From Dongiaceae bacterium (GTDB lineage: Bacteria; Pseudomonadota; Alphaproteobacteria; Dongiales; Dongiaceae): DNA of 64,000 nucleotides. Positions 27,523 to 35,378 of the stretch are shown here, one piece after another. The DNA is taken from NCBI GenBank assembly GCA_040878185.1, contig JBBDMS010000021.1:52667-116666 (forward strand). The letters are read 5' to 3'. The translations under genes were made by a program, and so were the position numbers. How positions within the stretch are numbered: position 1 is the stretch's first letter; the number at the start of each line of letters is the position of its first letter. The notes under the pieces were generated by a model. That model was given only the letters and a program-made list of their open reading frames with translations, did not search any database and was not told the DNA's origin.

Positions 27523-27595
27523 GAGAGAATCTGGCCGCAATCCGGGGATGAGTTTGAAGGCCGCATGGGCCGCCGCTTGACCGAACCGGCCGGCC

Positions 27596-28579
27596 TTGGG
27601 ACAAGACCAGCCGACCCGCTCTTATAACCGCCCACTGGACTCCCGCCAATTGTTCACCCTGGCCCATCTTTCCGATCCGCATTTGGCCGGCTGGCCCCTG
27701 CCCGGCCTGCGCGCGATCGCCAACAAGCGGGCCTTCGGCCTTCTGTCCTGGCAATTGCGCCGGCGGCGCATCCATCTGTCGAGCGTGCTCGCCGCTCTTT
27801 GCGCGGATCTTCGGAAGGCGGCCCCCGATCACACGGTCATTACCGGCGATATCGTCAATATCTCGCTGCCCGAAGAGTTCGCGCGCGCGACCCAATGGCT
27901 GGGCGCGTTCGGGACACCCGAGGCGTTGACGGTGATCCCGGGCAATCACGATGCGTATATCGACCTGCCCTGGGACGAGACGATCGGCCACTGGCGATGT
28001 TACATGCGCGACGAACCGGCAGCGAGCGCGATCGGGAAGCCGTTCGAGGGGCCCGACGACTTCCCGTTCGTGCGGCGTCGCGGCCGGATCGCTCTCGTGG
28101 GCACGTCGAGCGCCTGCGCGATGCCGATCGGCAGCGCGGCCGGCCGCCTCGGTGCCCCGCAGATCGAACGACTGCGCCATCGGCTCGACGAACTCGGCAA
28201 GGAAAATCTGTTCCGGGTCGTGCTGATCCATCATCCGCCGTTCGAGGATCGCCATCATCGCCGCAAGGAACTCGAAGATATCGTCGAGCTGCGCGCCGCG
28301 ATTGCCGCGAGCGGCGCCGAACTGGTCCTGCATGGGCACACACACCGTTCGAGCCTGAACCGCATCGCCGTGCCGGATGGCACGGCGCCCGTCATCGGCG
28401 TCGCTTCAGCATCGGCTCGTGCCTGGGCCAACAAGGATCCGGCGCGCTATCATCTTTACCGCATCGAACCCGCCGGCGATGGCTGGCGGGTGGAAGTTGA
28501 GGTCCGCACCGTCACCGTCACGCTCGATCGATTCGAACGGACCGGTGGTTTCCGACTGGATGTCCCGCTGGCCGCATAA
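27596..28579 (+). CDS. calcineurin-like metallophosphoesterase
   Basis: LSDPHL, ITGDIVN, GNHD, IHHPP, LHGHTHR motifs. TTG start (uncertain). Confidence 0.75.
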   Translation: MGQDQPTRSYNRPLDSRQLFTLAHLSDPHLAGWPLPGLRAIANKRAFGLLSWQLRRRRIHLSSVLAALCADLRKAAPDHTVITGDIVNISLPEEFARATQWLGAFGTPEALTVIPGNHDAYIDLPWDETIGHWRCYMRDEPAASAIGKPFEGPDDFPFVRRRGRIALVGTSSACAMPIGSAAGRLGAPQIERLRHRLDELGKENLFRVVLIHHPPFEDRHHRRKELEDIVELRAAIAASGAELVLHGHTHRSSLNRIAVPDGTAPVIGVASASARAWANKDPARYHLYRIEPAGDGWRVEVEVRTVTVTLDRFERTGGFRLDVPLAA

Positions 28580-28649
28580 AATCGGCAGGCCGGGCGGAAC
28601 GCGTCAACCTTCCGGCCCGTGCTAGGTTGCGGTCGAACCAAGGAATGAG

Positions 28650-29099
28650 ATGGCCGACGCCGGCATCAACGCGACCATGAAGACATTCGGCCATCCGGAT
28701 ACGGTTCTGGCCGAATATCCCCATTGGGTGGTCCTGCTTCGCCCGCAGCAGGCGACGCTTGGTGCACTGGTGCTCGCCGCGCGCGGCCCGGCGACGCGCT
28801 TTTCCGATCTCGACGCGGCCGCCATGGCGGGATTACACAATGCAATCGCCGACATCGAGCGGACGCTCATGTCCTTGTTCACCTACGACAAGATCAACTA
28901 TCTGATGCTGATGATGGTCGATCCGCATGTGCATATGCATGTGATTCCCCGCTATGCCGCGAAACGCGCGTTCGAAAGCGTCGAGTTTCTGGATCCGGGC
29001 TGGCCGCGCACGCCCGATCTCGCGCATGCGACCACTGTCGACGATGCGTTGCGGCAACGCCTGGCGACCATGCTGCGCGATGCATGGCCGCGGCGCTGA
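28650..29099 (+). CDS. HIT-family (histidine triad) nucleotide hydrolase/transferase
   Basis: Histidine triad DPHVHMHVIPR. AAGGAA RBS upstream of the ATG. Confidence 0.7.
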   Translation: MADAGINATMKTFGHPDTVLAEYPHWVVLLRPQQATLGALVLAARGPATRFSDLDAAAMAGLHNAIADIERTLMSLFTYDKINYLMLMMVDPHVHMHVIPRYAAKRAFESVEFLDPGWPRTPDLAHATTVDDALRQRLATMLRDAWPRR

Positions 29100-29105
29100 T
29101 CGACG

Positions 29106-30296
29106 ATGACCCTGCTCGATCGCTATATCCTCAGCCGCATCATGTGGCCGCTGTTCGGCACGGTGGCGATCGCGCTGATGGCGCTGCTGCTGGAGCGGAT
29201 GGTGCGGCTGCTCGACTTCGTCGTCGCAAAGGGCGGCCCGATCATCTTCGTGCTGCGGATGCTGGCCAATCTCATCCCGCATTATCTCGGCCTCGCACTG
29301 CCGCTCGCCTTCTTCATCGGCATCATTCTGGCGATCAGCCGCCTCAGCGCCGACAGCGAGATCGACGCGATGAACGCGACCGGCGTCTCGTTGCATCGGC
29401 TGGTGGCGCCGATCATGCTGGTCGCGATCATGCTGGTCGCCTGCGGCAGCATCATCTTCGGGTTCCTTCAACCCTATACCCGCTACGCCTATCGCGCGCT
29501 GGTCTATGTGGTGACCGAAACCGCGTGGGAATCGGCCCTCGAACGCGGCTCATTCTTCACCGGGTTCGGCAATTTCACGATCATGGCCAACGACATCGCG
29601 GATGGCGGCCGAGTGCTGAGTGGGATTTTCGTGCATGAGGAACGCCCGTCTGGCGGTTCGATCACGACGACCGCGGAGACGGGTCGCGTGTTTCGCTCGA
29701 CCGACGATCTTGCGTTGGTGCTCCGCCTCGAGAACGGGATTCGTGTCGATGCCGGTCTGATCGGCAGTGAGGCGACGGTTCTGTCCTTTGACTCACTCAC
29801 GCTGCCGCTTGACGATTCGCTCGGGCCGAGTCCGTTCCGCATGCGCGGCGATTCCGATCGCGAGATGACTATTCCCGAATTGTGGAACGCGATCGAGAAC
29901 CCGCCACCCGATATCGACAAAGTGCGCTTCGAGACGGAACTGCATGCCCGCGTCGTGCGAACCCTGTCGTTTATTTTCCTGCCGCTGCTGGCAGCCCCGC
30001 TGGCGATGACGACGCGGCGCAGCCGGCGCGGCGTCAGCCTCGGCAGCGGCATCGTCATATTGCTGATCTACCACTACCTGCTGCAGCTCGGCGAAGGGCT
30101 GAGCGATCAGGGCCGCCTCTCGCCCTGGATCGCGCTCTGGACGCCGTTCTTCGTTTTCCTGACTCTCAGCACTTGGTGTTTCTGGGTAACCAGCGTGCGG
30201 CCAGGTTCGAACCCGCTCAATTGGCTGCTCAGCGGCCTCGACGATGTTTACGGAAGCATCATCTCGTTCGGCCAACGCCGGCGGGAGGCGACATGA
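29106..30296 (+). CDS. lptF: LPS export ABC transporter permease LptF
   Basis: YjgP/YjgQ family: MTLLDRYILSRI..., six TM segments and a periplasmic beta-jellyroll region. Confidence 0.8.
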   Translation: MTLLDRYILSRIMWPLFGTVAIALMALLLERMVRLLDFVVAKGGPIIFVLRMLANLIPHYLGLALPLAFFIGIILAISRLSADSEIDAMNATGVSLHRLVAPIMLVAIMLVACGSIIFGFLQPYTRYAYRALVYVVTETAWESALERGSFFTGFGNFTIMANDIADGGRVLSGIFVHEERPSGGSITTTAETGRVFRSTDDLALVLRLENGIRVDAGLIGSEATVLSFDSLTLPLDDSLGPSPFRMRGDSDREMTIPELWNAIENPPPDIDKVRFETELHARVVRTLSFIFLPLLAAPLAMTTRRSRRGVSLGSGIVILLIYHYLLQLGEGLSDQGRLSPWIALWTPFFVFLTLSTWCFWVTSVRPGSNPLNWLLSGLDDVYGSIISFGQRRREAT

Positions 30297-31387
30297 CCTG
30301 GACGCTGACGCGCTACATATCGCGCCTCTTTCTCGGGAACCTGACCGCCATCGTGATCGGCTTTGCCGGGTTGCTGCAGCTGCTCGATCTGCTGAACAAC
30401 GCCGACCGGCTGTTCGCCCGGCACGGCGACAGCCTCTGGGTGCTCGCACGCTATGCGATGCTGCGCATGCCGGAAGTGTTCGGTTTCATACTGCCCTTCG
30501 CGACCCTGATCGCAACATTGCTGACGCTGGCACGCCTCGCGCAGAACAGCGAGATCCTCGCCGCCAAGGCGGCGGGACTTTCCTTTTACCGGATCCTGCT
30601 CTGCTTCCTGCCGGCGGCCGCTCTGGTGGCGGTGGTGAATTTCTACGTCGTCGATCGGGCGACGCCGCTCACCCAGCGCACGCTGATCGACTGGGATGCG
30701 GAAGCAGATTCTCTGTCCGACCAGCCGGCCGCGGACACCAGCGAAGGCGTATGGATCCGCGACGGGCTGTCGCTGGTTCGGGTTTCCCTGGTTCTCAATC
30801 AGGGCCGCGAGCTGCATGACGTCACGTTTTTCGTCCGCGACGAAGACGGCAATCTCGCCAAGCGCATCACCGCCGACGTCGCACTCTATCTCGAGAACGG
30901 CCGCTGGCAGCTCTACGACGTGGAAACACTGGTTATGGAGCGGCATGCCGGCGGCGAGTTCACGCGTCAGGCGACCGATGTGTGGGAGGGCACGCTGGTG
31001 CCCGGTCACTACGCCGATATCGTCGCCCCACCCACGAGCCTGACGCTGGATCAGCTTGAAGCCTTCACGCAAGCCGAAGGCGAAATCGGCAACCGGCCGG
31101 ACTATTACTATGAGACCTGGCTGCACAAGCGATACGCCGTGCCGGTCGCGGTGTTCATCATGGTGATCCTCGCAGCCCCCATGGCCCAGACGCTGCGGCG
31201 GAACCAGCGCATGGCGATGGGCCTCGCCGCCGGTGTCGGCATGGGGTTCCTCTATTTCGTCACCGACGGGGTGTGTCAGGCGCTTGGCGAGACGGGGGCC
31301 ATTCCGGCAGCCGTAGCGGCCTGGAGCCCGGGGCTCCTGTTTCTCAGCTTCGGGCTGGCGGGGTTGATCCGGATCGAAGGCTACTAG
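30293..31387 (+). CDS. lptG: LPS export ABC transporter permease LptG
   Basis: MTWTLTRYISRLFLGN.... ATGA overlap with the lptF stop. The track ORF from 29882 is over-extended. Confidence 0.8.
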   Translation: MTWTLTRYISRLFLGNLTAIVIGFAGLLQLLDLLNNADRLFARHGDSLWVLARYAMLRMPEVFGFILPFATLIATLLTLARLAQNSEILAAKAAGLSFYRILLCFLPAAALVAVVNFYVVDRATPLTQRTLIDWDAEADSLSDQPAADTSEGVWIRDGLSLVRVSLVLNQGRELHDVTFFVRDEDGNLAKRITADVALYLENGRWQLYDVETLVMERHAGGEFTRQATDVWEGTLVPGHYADIVAPPTSLTLDQLEAFTQAEGEIGNRPDYYYETWLHKRYAVPVAVFIMVILAAPMAQTLRRNQRMAMGLAAGVGMGFLYFVTDGVCQALGETGAIPAAVAAWSPGLLFLSFGLAGLIRIEGY

Positions 31388-31479
31388 CGGGCCGGTCGAA
31401 GGGCGAAAACCGCGACATTACAACGCGTTGTCGGTAGGGTGCCTTGCCGGAACCCCGGTCGAGAGCTAGATTGGGCGGC

Positions 31480-32259
31480 ATGAGCTTCTGGACTCGCACC
31501 CACAATCTTTCGCGCATGTCGCTCGGCGATCTGCTGCGCGTCTTCTTCACCTATCCGGCGGTCATCGCCTACCTGCTGTTCGGCATCGCCGCAGCAGCGG
31601 CCGCTGCCTATTTCTATCGGGCCGGCGACTGGCTCGGCGTCCTGGTCGCAATCGGCCTTGCGGTCGTCATCTATCCGCTGGTCTGGTACGTCCTGCATCG
31701 CTGGGTGCTGCACAGCCGCTATCTCTATCGTAGCCCGCTGACGGCCAAGACCTGGAAGCGTATCCATTTCGACCATCATCAGGATCCGTACGATCTACGC
31801 GTGCTGTTTGGCGCGCTGCATACAACGCTGCCGACGATCGCAATCGCAACGGCGCCGATCGGCTGGCTTGTCGGTGGCTGGAGCGGCGCCGCGGCCGCGC
31901 TGTCGACCGGATTGCTGACCACCTGCTTCTACGAGTTCTGCCATTGCGTGCAGCACCTCAATACGAAGCCCCGCACGACCTTCCTGCAGCACATCAAGCG
32001 CCTGCATCTCGCGCATCACTTCCACAACGAGCAGGGCAATTTCGGTATCACCAATTTCCTCTGGGACCGCTGGCTCGGCACTTTCTATGAATCGCCGCGC
32101 CAGGTGACGAAGAGCCCGACCGTGTTCAATCTCGGTTACACCGAGGAACAGGCCGCCATTTATCCGTGGGTGGCCGCACTCTCCGGCGGCACGCGCGGCG
32201 ACCAGAACCCGCGCCGCTTCCGTGTCGATCCCGACGTTCGGGGCGACCGTGCCGCCTGA
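31480..32259 (+). CDS. fatty acid hydroxylase superfamily (sterol desaturase-like) membrane di-iron enzyme; candidate sphingolipid/acyl hydroxylase
   Basis: His boxes HRWVLH, HFDHH, HLAHHFH. ATG at 31480. Confidence 0.7.
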   Translation: MSFWTRTHNLSRMSLGDLLRVFFTYPAVIAYLLFGIAAAAAAAYFYRAGDWLGVLVAIGLAVVIYPLVWYVLHRWVLHSRYLYRSPLTAKTWKRIHFDHHQDPYDLRVLFGALHTTLPTIAIATAPIGWLVGGWSGAAAALSTGLLTTCFYEFCHCVQHLNTKPRTTFLQHIKRLHLAHHFHNEQGNFGITNFLWDRWLGTFYESPRQVTKSPTVFNLGYTEEQAAIYPWVAALSGGTRGDQNPRRFRVDPDVRGDRAA

Positions 32260-32271
32260 GCGACACGCCGC

Positions 32272-33429
32272 TTGCCCACGTCTGCCGACATCCGCATCGT
32301 TCCGGCACAATCGAATCCGGCCCGTCGCGATTTCCTGAAACTGCCGCTGACGCTCTATGCCTGTGCTCCGGGCTATGCGCCCGGCCTGCTGATGGAGCGC
32401 AGGGCTGCGATCGACCCCGCCCGCAATCCCTTTTTCGAGCATGCCGAGGCGGCATTCTGGGTCGCCTATCGCGGCGACAAACCGGTCGGCCGCATCAGCG
32501 CGCAGGTCGATCGTCTCGCGCGCGAGCGATACGGCGCCGATCTCGGCCATTTCGGCTATCTCGATGCGATCGACGATCCGGCGGTGTTCGCGGCCTTGTT
32601 CGCAACGGCCGAGGATTGGCTGCGCGCGCGCGGCACGAAGCGCGTCCAGGGTCCGTTCAGCCTTTCTATCAATGAGGAAACCGGCCTGCTGGTCGACGGC
32701 TTCGATACCCGGCCGATGCTGATGATGAGCTATCACCCGTCGTTCGCGCGCGCCCATGTCGAAGCGAGGGGCTATGCCAAGGCGAAGGACGTCATCGCCT
32801 ATGACTATGACGTGACGCAGACGCTGCCGATCGACAGTATGCGTTTGATCGAGCGCGCGAAGGCCGATCTCGACATCCGGCTGCGGCCGCTCGACATGCG
32901 CCGCTATAACGAGGATCTGAGGATCATCCTCGACATCTTCAACGACGCGTGGGCGGACAATTGGGGCTTCATCCCGATGACCGAGGCGGAGGTCGCCCAC
33001 ACCGCGCACGAGATGCGGCAGATCATCGTGCCGGATCTGGTCTGGATCGCCGAAATCGACGGCGAACCGGTCAGCATGATCGTCTGCCTGCCCAACCTGC
33101 TCGAGGCGACGGCAGATCTCCGCGGCAGCCTGCTACCGTTCGGCTGGGCGAAACTGCTCTGGCGGCTCAAGGTCCGGGGGCTGCATACCGGGCGCGTGCC
33201 GCTGTTCGGCCTGCGCCGGCGCTATCACCGCTCGCCCTATGGCGCGGCCGTGATCTTCATGCTGCTCGATGCACTGCGACGAAGCGGCGTCGCACGCGGC
33301 ATCCGCAGCGCGGAGCTGTCCTGGATTCTCGAAGATAATTGGGCGATCCGATCGATCATCGAGCGTCTTGGCGGCCGACCGTACAAGACCTACCGCGTCT
33401 TTGAAAATACGCTCGCACCGCCATCATGA
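32272..33429 (+). CDS. large GNAT-fold N-acyltransferase (bacterial ceramide synthase bCerS candidate)
   Basis: TTG start. ~385 aa with tandem acyl-CoA N-acyltransferase-like halves (FWVAYRGDKPVGRISA..., LVWIAEIDGEPVSMIVCLPN...). Size and genomic context match the GNAT-type ceramide synthase of Caulobacter (from memory). Confidence 0.5.
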   Translation: MPTSADIRIVPAQSNPARRDFLKLPLTLYACAPGYAPGLLMERRAAIDPARNPFFEHAEAAFWVAYRGDKPVGRISAQVDRLARERYGADLGHFGYLDAIDDPAVFAALFATAEDWLRARGTKRVQGPFSLSINEETGLLVDGFDTRPMLMMSYHPSFARAHVEARGYAKAKDVIAYDYDVTQTLPIDSMRLIERAKADLDIRLRPLDMRRYNEDLRIILDIFNDAWADNWGFIPMTEAEVAHTAHEMRQIIVPDLVWIAEIDGEPVSMIVCLPNLLEATADLRGSLLPFGWAKLLWRLKVRGLHTGRVPLFGLRRRYHRSPYGAAVIFMLLDALRRSGVARGIRSAELSWILEDNWAIRSIIERLGGRPYKTYRVFENTLAPPS

Positions 33430-34223
33430 ACGAGCGGCTCACGGTGCTGCTGCTGGCGGGGTCGCGCGGGCCCGCCGATCCCGTTGCGCAAGCGGCCGAG
33501 GTGCCGGTCAAGGCTCTCGCCCCGGTGCGCGGGCGCGCCATGATCGAGCGCGTGGTCGATACGCTGCAGCGTTATGAGCGGATCGGCCGCATCGTCATCG
33601 CAACAGACGACCGGCCGGAAGCCGCGGCGCAGTTCGAGCGGCTGGCCCGCCGCGCCGGCGTCGAGCTGATGGCGCAGGCGCAGTCGCCGGCCGCAACCGT
33701 AAGCGCCGCCCTTGCGCATATCGGGGATGCTGGCTTTCCGATTCTGGTTACCACGGCGGATCATCCGCTGCTGACCGCCGACATGATCGAAACGCTGCTG
33801 AACGCCAGCCTGGCCGATGCCGACATCGCCGTTGCGCTCGCCGATGCGGACAATGTCGCCGCCGCATATCCCAACTCGATCCGCACGGTGCTGAAACTCG
33901 GATCGGGGCGATATTGCGGCTGCAATCTCTTCCTGCTGCAGCATCCGCGCGCCGGCGGCGCGATCGCGTTCTGGCGCAGGATGGAACGCAACCGGAAAAA
34001 GCCCTGGCGGCTCGCTGCGGCGATCGGCCCGAAGACGCTGATGCTCTATTTGCTGGGGCGTCTCGATCTAACGGCGGCCTTCGCGCGGCTCTCGGCGCTC
34101 AGCGCCAGCAATATCCAGCCGGTGATCCTGCCGCAGCCGGAAGCGGCGATCGATGTCGACAAACCGGCCGACCTCGCTTTGGCCGAGCGCATTCTCGCCG
34201 CACGCGAGCGACCCGAAAGCTAG
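33426..34223 (+). CDS. MobA-like NTP-transferase-fold nucleotidyltransferase
   Basis: LLLAGSRG...KAL, VTTADHPLL. ATGA overlap with the upstream GNAT stop. Confidence 0.55.
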   Translation: MNERLTVLLLAGSRGPADPVAQAAEVPVKALAPVRGRAMIERVVDTLQRYERIGRIVIATDDRPEAAAQFERLARRAGVELMAQAQSPAATVSAALAHIGDAGFPILVTTADHPLLTADMIETLLNASLADADIAVALADADNVAAAYPNSIRTVLKLGSGRYCGCNLFLLQHPRAGGAIAFWRRMERNRKKPWRLAAAIGPKTLMLYLLGRLDLTAAFARLSALSASNIQPVILPQPEAAIDVDKPADLALAERILAARERPES

Positions 34224-34244
34224 GTCGTCGCGAACGAGTCTCGG

Positions 34245-34970
34245 CTACCAGCCGCGCACCATCCGTTCGGCCTGTTGCAGATCTTCGTGGAAGTCAATCT
34301 CGCCCCATTGCAGGCCTTCGATCGAGGCGGTCTCGACCGTGCCCTCGCGCGCAAGGATGTCGATGACCTTGAGATACCACCATTTGAGGCCGTCGGGCGT
34401 GTGCATGGTGCGATCGATCGCCTCGGCGAAAAGACGTGGCCCTGCGCCGCGAAAGAGGAGCATGCCGATCGATTCCCCGTTGACCCGATCGAGCAGCAGC
34501 GTCTTGCCGATCTCACGCAACCGCGTGCCCTCGGTGCGGACCTTCATATCGTCGGCATCGTACTCGGCCTTGCGATCGATCGTGACGGTGATCGGTGCCG
34601 CCGGGCTTGCGAGCAGGCGCGCCAGCACCGCCGGCTCGAACAATGTGTCGCCGTTCAGGATGATGAAATCGCGATCCATCTCACCGCGCGCGAGCCAGCA
34701 GCTTCCGAGATTGTCGGCGACGTTGAAGAACGGATTGAAAATCGTCCGGATCCGGAGCGACGGGCCGGCGAGCGTCGCGAGATGCGCCTCGACCAGAGCC
34801 GCCTGGAAACCGAGCACGACCGCGATCTCGTCGACGCCGCCGGCGGCGAGCTGCTTCACCTGCCACTCGATGACCGTGCGCGGGCCGACCGGCAGCATGC
34901 ATTTCGGTCGGTCCTTGGTCAGCGGCAGCAGGCGCGAGCCCTGGCCGGCACTGAGGATGAGGGCGCGCAT
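34245..34970 (-). CDS. LicC/sugar-phosphate-type nucleotidyl(cytidylyl)transferase
   Basis: MRALILSAGQGSRLLPLTKDRPKCML (G-x-G-x-R-L signature) and ILNGDTLF. Confidence 0.7.
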   Translation of the reverse strand: MRALILSAGQGSRLLPLTKDRPKCMLPVGPRTVIEWQVKQLAAGGVDEIAVVLGFQAALVEAHLATLAGPSLRIRTIFNPFFNVADNLGSCWLARGEMDRDFIILNGDTLFEPAVLARLLASPAAPITVTIDRKAEYDADDMKVRTEGTRLREIGKTLLLDRVNGESIGMLLFRGAGPRLFAEAIDRTMHTPDGLKWWYLKVIDILAREGTVETASIEGLQWGEIDFHEDLQQAERMVRGW

Positions 34971-35220
34971 GAGCGGGAGCGTGGAGCCTTTCGCTATCGT
35001 CGCCGGGCAGGGATTTCCGGGACCGGATCGGCCGAAGGCCGGGTGGCGGCGGCGAAGATGGCCAATGGGCCAGGACCCGTCAACCCGAGGCGCCGCACAA
35101 GCCTCACGCGAGACCGCAGACCGCCCGGAACGGCCGCTGGAAGCGCCACGGTTGGCAGCCTTGGCAGGCCCAAACCGGGTTGCTATAACGCGCCGCGCCT
35201 CCTGATATGGAAGCTACTGT

Positions 35221-35295
35221 TCCCCGGTAGCTCAGCGGTAGAGCAACCGGCTGTTAACCGGTTGGTCGCTGGTTCGAATCCGGCCCGGGGAGCCA
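35221..35295 (+). tRNA. tRNA-Asn: tRNA-Asn (anticodon GTT), CCA encoded
   Basis: Cloverleaf folded by hand: acceptor TCCCCGG/CCGGGGA, D stem GCTC/GAGC, anticodon stem ACCGG/CCGGT with loop CTGTTAA, T arm GCTGG-TTCGAAT-CCGGC, discriminator G, then CCA. Confidence 0.9.
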
Positions 35296-35304
35296 ATATC
35301 CATC

Positions 35305-35341
35305 AAAGGGCTTAGGTCGAAGCGACCTAAGCCCTTTTGCT
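35305..35341. terminator. bidirectional intrinsic terminator hairpin
   Basis: AAAGGGCTTAGGTC-gaagc-GACCTAAGCCCTTT followed by TGCTTT. Sits between the tRNA-Asn and the convergent minus-strand gene ending at 35379. Confidence 0.7.
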
Positions 35342-35378
35342 TTGGCGGTACGCGAATCGCGCAGGCGCTCGTCCATCG

